NCBI GenBank assembly: GCA_963793265.1 | Contig: CAWBZI010000001.1 | Coordinates: 320,001 to 384,000 of the forward strand | Reading direction: 5' to 3' | DNA from: an uncultured cyanobacterium | Lineage (GTDB): Bacteria > Cyanobacteriota > Cyanobacteriia > Phormidesmidales > Phormidesmidaceae | Length of the DNA: 64,000 bases | In this document: positions 41,408 through 51,473 of the stretch, in pieces | How the letters are laid out: every line of letters starts with the position of its first letter | How positions within the stretch are numbered: the first letter of the stretch is position 1 | Position numbers and translations under genes: made by a program | The notes under the pieces: model-generated | Database searches by the model: none | Seen by the model: the letters and a program-made list of their open reading frames with translations, nothing else | What the model was told of the DNA's origin: nothing

Positions 41408-42082
41408 GTGGGTAAAGATTGGATCGTTATAGAAGAAGGGGAATGCCAGCCGTGCGTTACGTCTAAAGAGTGGAGCCTGCTCGAAACGCCTTATCACTTC
41501 TATCGCTTTTTAACAGAGGTAGAAGACGTGTTAAAAGTAGCTAAGACTGCGCGGCAGTGTGAGTGCTTGCCTGCATTGCGTCGTCTAGTTCGAAAGCTTT
41601 TAGTCAATGCCTATTGGTTGCGATCCTTCTCAGAAGGCTCTCAGCCATCACAACCCTCAAACTTTAACTTTCCATCTACACTGTCTGTCGAACGGTCTTT
41701 TGGGCAGTCTCAAGAAACTAATTTCATCAACCTTTATGATGAAATTGGCTATCCTTTAACTGTCCAAATGGAAATGCATTTGCCTGGTGAAGTCTCTCCT
41801 ATTCACTCTCACGGCACCTGGGGGATTATTGCGATACTTCAGGGACGGGAAAAGAACACTTTGTGGAAAAGACAACCCGCATTAGCATTGCCTGATAAAA
41901 TTGTCTGTGTCGGTGAGAAAGTTTTGAAGTACGGAGATATTATTAGCTTTGTGCCTGCCGCTATTCACAGCATAGAATCAGTTGGCGCAGACCCATTGGT
42001 TACGCTTAACCTCTACGGAGAGACGGAGCGAAAGCAGCGGTTTGAGTTTAATCCTATGACGCATCAAGCCAAGCGCTACTAG
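41408..42082 (+). CDS. Cupin / cysteine-dioxygenase-like protein
   Basis: SPIHSHGTWGII and AIHSIE metal-binding cupin motifs, LNLYG. Confidence 0.8.
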   Translation: MGKDWIVIEEGECQPCVTSKEWSLLETPYHFYRFLTEVEDVLKVAKTARQCECLPALRRLVRKLLVNAYWLRSFSEGSQPSQPSNFNFPSTLSVERSFGQSQETNFINLYDEIGYPLTVQMEMHLPGEVSPIHSHGTWGIIAILQGREKNTLWKRQPALALPDKIVCVGEKVLKYGDIISFVPAAIHSIESVGADPLVTLNLYGETERKQRFEFNPMTHQAKRY

Positions 42083-42110
42083 ATGGACGTAGAGATTTTA
42101 TAGGAGATTC

Positions 42111-43152
42111 ATGCATGACAGCAATCCTTTCTTTGAGTTGCCTTATGTGTCTGCTTTAGCCTCTCTAGGCGATGATTTTTACGATTATGTTCAACCGGCT
42201 TATTTTCCTCAGTCGCTACTTCGCTTTCGTAATGACAATCTGCTACTTCTGTTGGGATTAGTGCCAGAAAGAGTGAGCGATCGCCACTTTTCAGAAGCCT
42301 TTGGTCAATTCATCCAGCGCCCTCGCGCTGAGCCAGTAGATCAGGATCAAAGCCAACGTCATCCCTCGCAACGACAAACGGGCATGGCGCTGCGCTATCA
42401 CGGCTATCAATTTGGCCAATACAATCCTTACCTGGGCGATGGACGCGGTTTTCTCTATGGACAAGTGCGCATAGCCATCGACCGCATCGTAGATTTGGGC
42501 ACTAAAGGATCGGGCCGAACGCCCTACTCGCAAGGACTCGATGGCAGGATGACGCTACGGGGCGGCATTCGAGAAGTGCTCGCAGCAGAGGCGCTACAGG
42601 CGCTGGGCATACCGACCTCCCGGGTACTCAGTTTGATAGAGACCGGCGAGGCGATCGCTAGGACGGATGCCCATTCAGCTAGCCGTTCAGCGGTGATGGT
42701 GCGCCTGAGTCATTCGCATATCCGCTTCGGCACTTTCGAGCGGCTAGAGTACTTTGACCGCCCCGATCTCATTCGGCGGCTGCTCGATCATGTCATCACT
42801 TATTACTACAGTCACCTGCAAACATCGCCCGATAGAGATAGTTTGTTCTACGTTGAACTGGTGGAGCGCACGGCCTATTTAGTCGCTCGGTGGATGGCAG
42901 CGGGATTTTGCCATGGCGTAATGAATACCGAGTTTTTCTGGTAGCAGTTTGGCCGATGCGTTTAACCCCTGGAGGCGTCTCTATCACAAACTACTGCGCC
43001 AGCAGCCAGCCTCCGAAATGGACGCTGCCAGTCAGCGATTGAAGCGATACAACCTGGCAACACCCCTTTCGCAACCGGCGATCGCCTCCATTTGGCAGGC
43101 CATTGAGCAGGCTGATGACTGGCAGCTTTTTTTGAGGCGATCGCCAGCTTAA
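42111..43152 (+). pseudogene. SelO/YdiU protein adenylyltransferase, internally deleted and frameshifted
   Basis: [43 protein letters not shown] then a stop where DN is expected; SelO-like C-terminus (WRRLYH..IWQAIEQADDWQLF) in another frame at 42949..43152. Confidence 0.8.
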
Positions 43153-43174
43153 AACAATTTTGTTAACTCTCTTG

Positions 43175-44800
43175 TTAAATGTTCAATGCCTGCTGTATGA
43201 GCTGACAATCTTTAGCGTTCAGGCTAAACCTTTCCTTCTCGACATCGCGAATCCAGCTTTGGCTTTTACCGATACGATTGGCTAAGGCACGTTGACTCAG
43301 CTTGTTTTGCTGACGCGCTGCTTTAATGGTATCGCCAGAGAGTAAAGGGGACGATGCTCTGGTAGGAGAAGAAGATCTTTTGGTACGAGACTTCGTGCTA
43401 GCCTGGCTGCTGCGGCGCTTAGAACCGCTACGATGCATCACCTGCTGCCAATCTGCGGAAAGTTCGAACCCTTGCAACCGGGCATTGAGCAAGCGCTGCC
43501 ATTTATCTCTAGGTGCATTGTCCATCAGCGATCGGTTCGCCTGGTCAGACCAAAAGTCTATTGCTTCATCAACATCATCTGGAATTAGACAAGCCTTGGC
43601 CCATAGCGGCTGAATATCGAGTGGGTATGTTTCAGGATCGAAGATGGGTTTTAGACCATGATGGTAGATAGCTTCTAGATCGCCTTCAAATGTTTTGAGC
43701 AGTCGCTTGTGTGCGCCTCTTACCGTTGTCGCTTCTAACAACCGAGCCTCGCCGTAAGCAACGCGCAGTAGGGTACGTATCGTCAGACGATGATCGCCGC
43801 CTAGCCGCAGCTTGAACAGCAGCCAGAGGAGAAGCCGAGCAGCGCCTTCATGCTGTTGCCAGTTGCTCATGACTTCTGCGATTAGCGCATGCGGCAAGCT
43901 GCCATATTGAAAAAAGGCGGTTTGATGGCGGTAGTCTTGTCGATTGAGAAAGTGCTTTGCCCACTGACCCGGTCGCAGGGTGAAGCTCATGCCAATCAGG
44001 TGCTGACAGCCCTGCGCGTCTTCTTCAAAATAGTATTGTGTATGTAGCAGATTCCAAATGGGTTGTTCTTCTAGCGCGAATTCTCGAACCTTTCCTTGGC
44101 GGGGCCAATCGAGCGATACCAGGAGCCGAGTGCACTGATACACTAGCGACTTTACTAAGGTAAGCTTCTGTAGTTTGGTGAGATCTTTGCGCTTGTCGAG
44201 ACCCAGATACTTTTCGATATGCTGATCGTTTATTTCAAAGGGGTCTTCCCACGGGCATTCCAACGTTATTGCATAGGCGGCGAAAATGAGATGGACGCAG
44301 GCCGCGCGAATGTCGAACTGGGCGATCGCCTCGCGAGCTGCTTCTGCTGACATGGGCATAAGCGCATTCAATTCGGGATCGGTGGCCAGGCGAAACCGCA
44401 TTTCTCCCCGGTTGTGGTTGACGGAGCGACGGTAGCAAAGCTTACCTGTAGCATCACTTTTCCAGGGCAGTAGGTGTCGCTGAGATAGCACCGTACAAGC
44501 TTCCCAAATCACCATTGAGGAGGCGAAAGGCGTTGTTTTACCATTGATAAAGATACTGGGAATTGCAGGCGGAAGAAGCGTACTTTTGCAGCGTCCTTTC
44601 TTCGCCTGGAGCGGCGTTAAATTGTCTCTATCGTCACAGACTGCCACGCATCGGGGAACGTCTACATCGGGGCAGCTATTGCAAAGGGTCGGATCGATCC
44701 AATACCCTTCGCGCTCGTTCGAAGGCTTAATAGCACCGCTTAAGCACTGAGGGTGACAGCTATCGCAGTCATGGCAACCCTCCTTGATGGTGTAAACCAT
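43175..44800 (-). CDS. cnfR: CnfR/PatB-type nif transcriptional activator (copy B)
   Basis: CHDCDSCHPQC and CNSC-x7-CVAVC; C-terminal HTH LSQRALANRIGKSQSWIRDVEK; colinear with copy A over the whole length. Confidence 0.9.
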   Translation of the reverse strand: MVYTIKEGCHDCDSCHPQCLSGAIKPSNEREGYWIDPTLCNSCPDVDVPRCVAVCDDRDNLTPLQAKKGRCKSTLLPPAIPSIFINGKTTPFASSMVIWEACTVLSQRHLLPWKSDATGKLCYRRSVNHNRGEMRFRLATDPELNALMPMSAEAAREAIAQFDIRAACVHLIFAAYAITLECPWEDPFEINDQHIEKYLGLDKRKDLTKLQKLTLVKSLVYQCTRLLVSLDWPRQGKVREFALEEQPIWNLLHTQYYFEEDAQGCQHLIGMSFTLRPGQWAKHFLNRQDYRHQTAFFQYGSLPHALIAEVMSNWQQHEGAARLLLWLLFKLRLGGDHRLTIRTLLRVAYGEARLLEATTVRGAHKRLLKTFEGDLEAIYHHGLKPIFDPETYPLDIQPLWAKACLIPDDVDEAIDFWSDQANRSLMDNAPRDKWQRLLNARLQGFELSADWQQVMHRSGSKRRSSQASTKSRTKRSSSPTRASSPLLSGDTIKAARQQNKLSQRALANRIGKSQSWIRDVEKERFSLNAKDCQLIQQALNI

Positions 44801-44910
44801 GGGTCAACATCGATTGAATACCCATTGGAGCATATTCGTATGCTATGAGACGTTGTTGTTAAAAATGTCGTAAGAAAGGTCTTTAAAATCAGTGTGAAAA
44901 TTGTCTCCAA

Positions 44911-44926
44911 TGTATTAGGTATAACA
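44911..44926. promoter_or_regulatory. NtcA-like site upstream of cnfR copy B
   Basis: TGTA-TTAGGTAT-AACA, one mismatch from GTA-N8-TAC. Confidence 0.45.
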
Positions 44927-45063
44927 ATCTGATATGGGGCGTTCTATGCCGTGCGATACGGTTTAATGTTTTCTTTATTATTTTGTTCAGGGTTTCTTGA
45001 AATTTGCGATCTGATTAGCGATCTTCGTTTAAGATCAAAGTGTTGTCTAATGTCTAGATATCT

Positions 45064-45119
45064 TGATTGAATGTATCTGATTGAATGTATCTGATTGAAT
45101 GTATCTGATTGAACATATC
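45064..45119 (+). repeat. 14-bp tandem repeat x4
   Basis: TGATTGAATGTATC at 45064, 45078 and 45092; TGATTGAACATATC at 45106. Confidence 0.92.
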
Positions 45120-45147
45120 TGGCTTGGATGTTTTAGTGAGGTCACCG

Positions 45148-45462
45148 ATGAACGTATCGACGACTGAGGCCGAACGGTTAGCCATCGACTTTTTAGTAGA
45201 AGATTTAGAGGTTCCTGAAGCAGACCGAGATTTTTTCTCTGTTATAACTGCGCGACAAACGGAGAATGACTGGTGCGTTGTGGAGATTGGTGTGGCAGGT
45301 TTGCCCGATAAGTGGGTGCTACAAGTTTTTGATACGGGGATATGCGATCCCTGCTATACCTTTATTTCTCCGATGCCGAAAGGAGAGGATGCAGACCTAG
45401 CAGAATTTCCAGACCGGATTGCTCAAGTCGTGGCCATAGAACGATCAGGCAAGTCGCCTTAA
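45148..45462 (+). CDS. Hypothetical acidic protein, divergent from cnfR copy B
   Basis: ATG at 45148 after GAGG; VVEIGVAGLPDKWVLQVFDTG.CDP.YTF. Confidence 0.7.
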   Translation: MNVSTTEAERLAIDFLVEDLEVPEADRDFFSVITARQTENDWCVVEIGVAGLPDKWVLQVFDTGICDPCYTFISPMPKGEDADLAEFPDRIAQVVAIERSGKSP

Positions 45463-45693
45463 GTGCGGCTTTGGTCTAACGAGGTTCGGGCTATATGCTA
45501 TCGAATCCGTGTTTTGTAGTCTGCGCTACCGGACACATGCAAGAACCGTAGGCAAAATAGTGAAAGTAAGCATTATGAAGTTAACATGGCTAAGCGCTGT
45601 GGCGATCGCTAAGGGACGTCCTTAGGATGAAGTAGATTAGGCCGGGCCGTTTGGACAGGGCCGTTTAAACAGGGTGGTTTGGACAAGATAGCT

Positions 45694-46425
45694 TTAGAGA
45701 GTCGTTTGAGAAAAGTGTTTTGCCAGTAAAGCAGGCACATCTCTAGGGTTAATTCCGTTGTAGCGATGCCCTCCGGGCATGATGGTTAGCCCAGGGGCTT
45801 TTGAACATTGTTTTTGACAGCCAGTATATTGAATCTCAACGGCGTTTTCTAACTGCTGCGCTCGTAGCGTTCTCTCTAAAGCTTCTACCAACTGCCTGCC
45901 GCCTCGTTTTTTACAGCCAGACTTGTGACAAACCATAACTTTGCCTTTGGGTTTGTCTGTTAGCCTATCTGTTAGCCTAATGGGCTCGATTAAAGCATGA
46001 GCATGCGTAAAGAGACAGTAGGCTTTGAGCTGAATGACGCCTGCCGAGAAATCGAGCTGACTGCGACCGATACATCGCACGCGATCGCCTAGCTGCAAAG
46101 TTCGCCGCCGCACCGCTTGCTTGATCGCGTTGCTCAAGTTATTAGGAAGCTCTATGGCCATCTTCTCTCGATCGATCTCTAAGACAATGGCACTTACGTT
46201 TTCTGGTGGTTCGCCGAGTAGACCCAGAAAGACACCTTCCTCGTTAAATATCCAGGGCATGAGCGGCTTGTTGTTTAACTCAGCGTCTAATGCAATATCT
46301 GATACGACTTCTGGCAAAGCGTCTATGGTGCTGGGGGATGTCTTTAATTTCGCACTTGGGTTAATACTCTTCATGGGCTTGGCCCTCCTAGGGGTTCCTA
46401 ATGGCTGTAGAGCATGGGCTAACAA
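45694..46425 (-). CDS. Protein with C-terminal thioredoxin-like [2Fe-2S] ferredoxin domain
   Basis: VCHKSGCKKRGG ... TGCQKQCSKAP; start uncertain. Confidence 0.8.
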   Translation of the reverse strand: MLAHALQPLGTPRRAKPMKSINPSAKLKTSPSTIDALPEVVSDIALDAELNNKPLMPWIFNEEGVFLGLLGEPPENVSAIVLEIDREKMAIELPNNLSNAIKQAVRRRTLQLGDRVRCIGRSQLDFSAGVIQLKAYCLFTHAHALIEPIRLTDRLTDKPKGKVMVCHKSGCKKRGGRQLVEALERTLRAQQLENAVEIQYTGCQKQCSKAPGLTIMPGGHRYNGINPRDVPALLAKHFSQTTL

Positions 46426-46432
46426 AAGCTGG

Positions 46433-46636
46433 CTAGTTTACGCGTCTAGCTCGAATGGTTTGAGGGGTTTCGATTGGATCGGTTAAACCTTCCACGCGTA
46501 GATCCCAGCCGTTGTCTAACGTGAGAATTTGAGCACCTTCAGTATCGGTTTGTTTAATGACTTCTTGCTCTAAGTCTTTTTTGGCAACGTAAACCATTAG
46601 TTTTCCAGCGCGGTCGGTATGCAGCATAATTTTCAT
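46433..46636 (-). CDS. nifT: NifT/FixU
   Basis: MKIML..YVAKKDLEQEV..LTLDNGW; ATG at 46636. Confidence 0.9.
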   Translation of the reverse strand: MKIMLHTDRAGKLMVYVAKKDLEQEVIKQTDTEGAQILTLDNGWDLRVEGLTDPIETPQTIRARRVN

Positions 46637-46678
46637 GGGGCGTTCCTTGTGAGGGTTTCTTTTCTGAGAGGCTTTCAC

Positions 46679-47812
46679 TCAAGATCTTTTGGCAGCGATC
46701 GCCAGTAGTTCATCTAACGTAAGGCTGCGCTTAAGCTGAGTGGCTAAGTCGCGCACTTCGTTCAGCACGGACTGACTATTAGCCCCTGCGGTCGCCAGTC
46801 CGTGACTGTTCAAAAACTGATCTACCGAATGACGACCCGAGTGTTTGCCCATGGGTAGCTGCCGCTGCCAGCCGACGTCTTCTGGGTCAAAAGGCTCATA
46901 AGTACTTGGGTTTGCCAGCACCCCATGAGCATGTATGCCAGACTCATGGGCAAAAGCGTTGTTGCCTACAATCGCTTTCCAGGGAGGAACCGGGCAGTTC
47001 ACAGCTTTGGCAACTGAGCGAGAGAGTTCTAACAAGTGCTGAGTTTGAATGCCCGTTTTAAGACTGTAGATTTGCTTGAGCGCCATGACGACTTCTTCTA
47101 AGGCGGCATTCCCAGCACGTTCTCCTAACCCGTTGACGGTCGTGTTAATAGACGTTGCACCCGCTCGCACGCCAGCGATCGCATTTGCTGTCGCTAGACC
47201 CAAATCGTTATGCGTGTGCATCTCTACCGGAATCTCTAATGCGGCGACCAGCTTTTTGACCTTTTCAAATGTCGTAAAGGGGTCGAGAATGCCCACCGTG
47301 TCACAAAAGCGAAAGCGAAACGCGCCCCACTCTTGAGCAAACTGGGCCGCATCGATCAAGAACTGTTCGTCAGCGCGAGCGCTATCTTCGCCGCCTACGC
47401 TGATCTCCAACCCGTGGTCAAGAGAGAAGTTTATACAGTCTCGCAGCTGTTGCAGCATGGCATGCCAGCGCCCCTGAAATTTGACCTGAATCTGGATCTC
47501 AGATAAGGGGATAGAGATATGTACCCGTTTTAGGCCGCAGTGAATAGACGCTTGAATATCCGAGATGACGGCCCGGTTCCATCCCAAGATGGAGGCATTG
47601 AGGCCAAGGTCGGCGATCGCTCGAATAGATTGGGCTTCTTCTTGTCCCATAGCAGGAATGCCCACTTCTAGTTCCTGTACGCCGATAGCGTCGAGAAATT
47701 TTGCGATCGCAACTTTCTCTTCTAGCCCAAAGGCGACGCCCGCAGCCTGTTCGCCATCTCGTAGGGTCGTATCGTTAATGTAAACGTTGTCAACAAACAT
47801 CTGGTCGGCCAT
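46679..47812 (-). CDS. nifV: Homocitrate synthase
   Basis: [41 protein letters not shown]; inside the nif cluster. Confidence 0.93.
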   Translation of the reverse strand: MADQMFVDNVYINDTTLRDGEQAAGVAFGLEEKVAIAKFLDAIGVQELEVGIPAMGQEEAQSIRAIADLGLNASILGWNRAVISDIQASIHCGLKRVHISIPLSEIQIQVKFQGRWHAMLQQLRDCINFSLDHGLEISVGGEDSARADEQFLIDAAQFAQEWGAFRFRFCDTVGILDPFTTFEKVKKLVAALEIPVEMHTHNDLGLATANAIAGVRAGATSINTTVNGLGERAGNAALEEVVMALKQIYSLKTGIQTQHLLELSRSVAKAVNCPVPPWKAIVGNNAFAHESGIHAHGVLANPSTYEPFDPEDVGWQRQLPMGKHSGRHSVDQFLNSHGLATAGANSQSVLNEVRDLATQLKRSLTLDELLAIAAKRS

Positions 47813-47945
47813 CTGATGGGTTCCTAGTTGGGCGCGTCAACAATAAGAAAAACAAAGCTGAGAAGAACAAAGCTGAGAAAAACAAGACTCCCCTTTGAAT
47901 AAAAGGGGTGAATAAAAAGGGGAGCAAGTGAGGCAATCGGCTTAG

Positions 47946-48503
47946 CTACTTCAAGAAGGCAAAGGTGAGACTGTCTTCAGACAAAAAGTGATCTAGATGG
48001 AAGGCTCTATCTTCTGTCTCTAGCAGAATTTGCTCGTAGAGATAGCGAGTAGCGCGATCGCCCACGCTTTCTGCCTGCGTAGACAGCCGACGCAACAGAG
48101 AGATAACAGCCTGTTCAGCGACCAGATCGTTTTCAATCATCTGCCGACAAACGTAAGCGCCATCAGGCTCCATCTCAAAGCAGCATAGATCTGCTAGCGT
48201 TGCGAAAGACCCAGCCGGAATGCCCCCTAGCCCATTTAACCGTTCAGCCAGGTCATGGGCATGGCCTTGGGTTGTACCATAGCTCTCTTGAAAAAACTCG
48301 TGAATGGAATAAAATTCGGCCCCCTCAGTGACAAAGTGTTGCTTTTGATACTGTAGATATAGACCTTGAAAACTAGCGTAGGCCAGGTTTAGCCCTTCGC
48401 AGACGGGGATGGTGACGTCTCTTTCAAAGCCGACGGGGTTGGGGCCAACGTCGCCAAATGCGCGAACCAGCGTTTGAACAGATTGAACCGTTTGAGTAGT
48501 CAT
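47946..48503 (-). CDS. dps: Dps family ferritin-like protein
   Basis: [46 protein letters not shown] at 48503 is the likely start. Confidence 0.88.
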   Translation of the reverse strand: MTTQTVQSVQTLVRAFGDVGPNPVGFERDVTIPVCEGLNLAYASFQGLYLQYQKQHFVTEGAEFYSIHEFFQESYGTTQGHAHDLAERLNGLGGIPAGSFATLADLCCFEMEPDGAYVCRQMIENDLVAEQAVISLLRRLSTQAESVGDRATRYLYEQILLETEDRAFHLDHFLSEDSLTFAFLK

Positions 48504-48694
48504 AGGGTTTATTTCTCGCAAGTAAAAGATGAGTAGCGTTAAAATGAACAGATTAAGGTAAGTGCTTTGAGATGAACTGTTTCAATGAACACTTTTCTAT
48601 GAAAAAATCTCTTAAAAAAGTGTTTTTAGCAGGCCATCTCAGGCGAACGATTTAAAGGAAACAAGCTGCAAAGAACACTATTTAAAGGCGAGAT

Positions 48695-48976
48695 TCAGGG
48701 TACGGCAGGAACCGCAGCCTGAGTTTCCCAGCAGCGCTCTAGCCAGGCGGCACTAGCCTGACGCGGTAGCGTGAATCTTCGTACCACGCTGTTGACCAGC
48801 AAGAGGGCAATCGCGTGGTTAACTTCGACTCTTAGGGTGCCATCGATTGGGCAGGCACAGGGCACATTGAGTTCTTGCAAGCGGAGATTGATCGACCAGC
48901 GATCGCTTCGCGAGACTGAGACAATTTTCCCCTCTGTAGAGACAGTCGAAGGAACGGCAGAGGTAGACTTATCCAT
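48695..48976 (-). CDS. Asr1405/Asl0597-like small nif-associated protein
   Basis: [30 protein letters not shown]. Confidence 0.75.
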   Translation of the reverse strand: MDKSTSAVPSTVSTEGKIVSVSRSDRWSINLRLQELNVPCACPIDGTLRVEVNHAIALLLVNSVVRRFTLPRQASAAWLERCWETQAAVPAVP

Positions 48977-49733
48977 AGGATTGATACTCCAAAGTTGATA
49001 GAGGTGGACGAGTAAACTTTTTGAGACTTTGTAGCTGGCCTTCTAGTCGTTCGATGCGAGACAGGAGGCGCTGTAGCGTGACGGCTTCAATATCAGGTAG
49101 GTGAGAGTGTTCTAGGGGATTAAGGGCCGTATTGCACTCGCAGACATTGCGACTGGGAATGCCAACGGCGGTGCAGTCAACGGGCACATTTTTTAAAACA
49201 ACAGAACCGGCACCAATGCGGGCGCGATCGCCAATATGAATGTTGCCGAGGACTTTTGCGCCCGAGCCGATGACCACTCGGCTGCCTACGGTAGGATGGC
49301 ATTTGCCACTCTCTTTGCCCGTGCCGCCTAGCGTTACACCCTGATAAATCAGCGTGTAGTCGCCCACGATAGCCGTTTCACCAATTACAACGCCCATACC
49401 ATGATCGATAAAAACGCCTGCGCCTAGCTGAGCGCTGGGATGAATTTCGATACCTGTGAAGCAGCGGGCGAGGTGAGAGATGAAGCGAGGGAAGAAGGGA
49501 ACGGCTTGGTGGTGAAGCCAGTGGGCTAGGCGATGAGCTGCGATCGCGTGGAGCCCTGGATAGCAAAGTAGGACTTCTAACCCACTTCGTGCAGCCGGGT
49601 CTCGCTCAAAGATAATTGAAAAGTCTTTCCAGAGAGGGCACTGCTGCACCCTGAGACATACCTGAAGGAGAAGCTGAGGACAGGGGTAGTGCCTGGGAAA
49701 TCTCTTAAGGATGCTTTGAAGAGAGAGTAACAT
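48969..49733 (-). CDS. cysE: Serine O-acetyltransferase (NifP/CysE)
   Basis: [40 protein letters not shown], hexapeptide repeats. Confidence 0.93.
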   Translation of the reverse strand: MLLSLQSILKRFPRHYPCPQLLLQVCLRVQQCPLWKDFSIIFERDPAARSGLEVLLCYPGLHAIAAHRLAHWLHHQAVPFFPRFISHLARCFTGIEIHPSAQLGAGVFIDHGMGVVIGETAIVGDYTLIYQGVTLGGTGKESGKCHPTVGSRVVIGSGAKVLGNIHIGDRARIGAGSVVLKNVPVDCTAVGIPSRNVCECNTALNPLEHSHLPDIEAVTLQRLLSRIERLEGQLQSLKKFTRPPLSTLEYQSYG

Positions 49734-49800
49734 GGCACGCGGTGGGGCTGGGGTGTCTTTGTTTGTCTGTTTATAGCAACCGCGTTTTGTAGGGGCGATC

Positions 49801-50033
49801 GCAACCGCCCAATCCAGATTTACTAGAACTATTAATCTTGTACTCAGAGCGTGAAGCGCCCCGTCTGTAGGAATCTTGGAAAACTTATAGGCTGGGGAAC
49901 GAGTATTTCGGCTTACAGGCGCAGGTATTTCAAACGGTAGGGACAGGTATTGTGTACTCAGGGCGAAAGCGGCTGCCTGCGGTGACTAGAGAGAGATTTG
50001 CCTGGGATGACAAAAGACGTCCAACTGTACTCA
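49801..50033 (-). promoter_or_regulatory. CnfR-type multi-motif promoter upstream of nifP/cysE
   Basis: Minus-strand TGAGTACA at 50026-50033, 49953-49960 and 49839-49846, and GAAATACTCGTTCCCC at 49894-49909; mirrors the nifB upstream region. Confidence 0.8.
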
Positions 50034-50161
50034 CCGCTAAGCTTTTTGAGGGGCGCATCCATATTTCTGTTGAACAAACCGTAACAGAGGATGCAAAACG
50101 CTGGATGTTTTTTGAAAAAACTCAACAATATTCGCAGATTTCATGACATGAGACTTTTTAC

Positions 50162-51403
50162 TCATGGTTGCGGTAATGACTGCTCGCGTTTGAGCCAACA
50201 GCTCGCGGCGATGATGCCGAAAACTGCCAGGAGTGCCATGGGATAAAACGCATAGGTGTATGAGCCGAACCAGTCGCGAATTTGGCCTGTTGTTAGCGTC
50301 CCTAGCAAGGCCCCGGTTCCATAAGCTGTGAAGACCAGCCCATAGTTTTGCGCGTAGTGTTCGGGGTCGAAGAACTGGAGGGTGATGGTGGGGGCGATCG
50401 CTAGCCAGCCGCCTAAGCAAAACCAGAATAAACAAAAGGAGAATAGATAAGTGGTGACCTGGCCAGCCTGCGCATTGGCCATTAAGAGACTGGCAATCAG
50501 AATTAGCACGTAGGTAGAGATAGCGACGTATTGGGGTTTGAAGCGATCGCTCAGCCAGCCAAAGAGCGGGCGGCTAATGCCGTTGAATAGCGCAAAGAGG
50601 GAGACGCTGCTGGCAGCTAGTCCAGGGTTAATTTTGATAATCTCTTCTCCTACAGGACTCGAAATGCCGATGGCGCTTAGCCCAATTAGCGTACCGACTG
50701 CGTAGCATAGCCAGAGGCCGTAGAAAGAACGGCTAGAGAGCAGCTTTTTCGGATAGGGTTTAATCCGGGCGGCCTGCGCCTGGCGGGAGATCTTGCGTGG
50801 GGGCTGCCAGTCTTCGGGGGGGAACTTGAGCGTAAGGGCGATCGCCGGAATGATGAGTGCGAAGGCAATCCCTAAAATTCGCAGCGTTGTTCTGACACCA
50901 TAGGTACCCATAAGGCTGTTGGAGAGCGGCGCAGTGATTAAAGGGGAAAGCCCAAAGCCAACAATTGTGAGCCCTACCGCCAATCCTTTTTTGTCGGGGA
51001 ACCACTTGGCGACGACAGCCATAGGGACGCCGTAAGCGATGCCGACGCCAGTGCCAGCGACTACGCCATATGTGAGCATCAGCGTCAGAATATTCGTTGA
51101 GAAGCTAGCGAGAATATAGCCGAGTCCGACCAGGCTACCCCCAACAGCAGCCACTGTTCTAGGCCCGATTCGAGTAATGTAAAACCCTGCAATGGGCATC
51201 AGCGAGGCGTAAAAGAACAGTGAAAGCGTGTAGGGCAGTAAACTCTCTGTTGCACCGATACTCAGTTCGCTCTCCAGCGACTTTCTAAAAACACTCCAAG
51301 AATAAACGCTTCCCAAACAGAGAAGTACGCTCATGCCCAATAAAATCAACAGCCATCTTCCTTGAGCTGCTGGCAGTCCGAATACTTTGAGATCTGAAGA
51401 CAT
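50162..51403 (-). CDS. MFS transporter, OFA/monocarboxylate (oxalate-formate / L-lactate) family
   Basis: LGSVYSWSVF, KWFPDKKGLAVG..GFG, FNGISRPLFGWLSD, NYGLVFTAYG; 12-TM pattern; ATG at 51403 is the likely start. Confidence 0.88.
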   Translation of the reverse strand: MSSDLKVFGLPAAQGRWLLILLGMSVLLCLGSVYSWSVFRKSLESELSIGATESLLPYTLSLFFYASLMPIAGFYITRIGPRTVAAVGGSLVGLGYILASFSTNILTLMLTYGVVAGTGVGIAYGVPMAVVAKWFPDKKGLAVGLTIVGFGLSPLITAPLSNSLMGTYGVRTTLRILGIAFALIIPAIALTLKFPPEDWQPPRKISRQAQAARIKPYPKKLLSSRSFYGLWLCYAVGTLIGLSAIGISSPVGEEIIKINPGLAASSVSLFALFNGISRPLFGWLSDRFKPQYVAISTYVLILIASLLMANAQAGQVTTYLFSFCLFWFCLGGWLAIAPTITLQFFDPEHYAQNYGLVFTAYGTGALLGTLTTGQIRDWFGSYTYAFYPMALLAVFGIIAASCWLKREQSLPQP

Positions 51404-51473
51404 CGTAAGTCCTAACGATAGAGCAACATCAAAAAAATCTAAGTCATAGCCATGTCGGTGCGACACCGCTGTT

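Noticed and set aside
45064..45119. CRISPR array
   Set aside because: 14-bp units are contiguous with no spacers, and no cas genes are in the window
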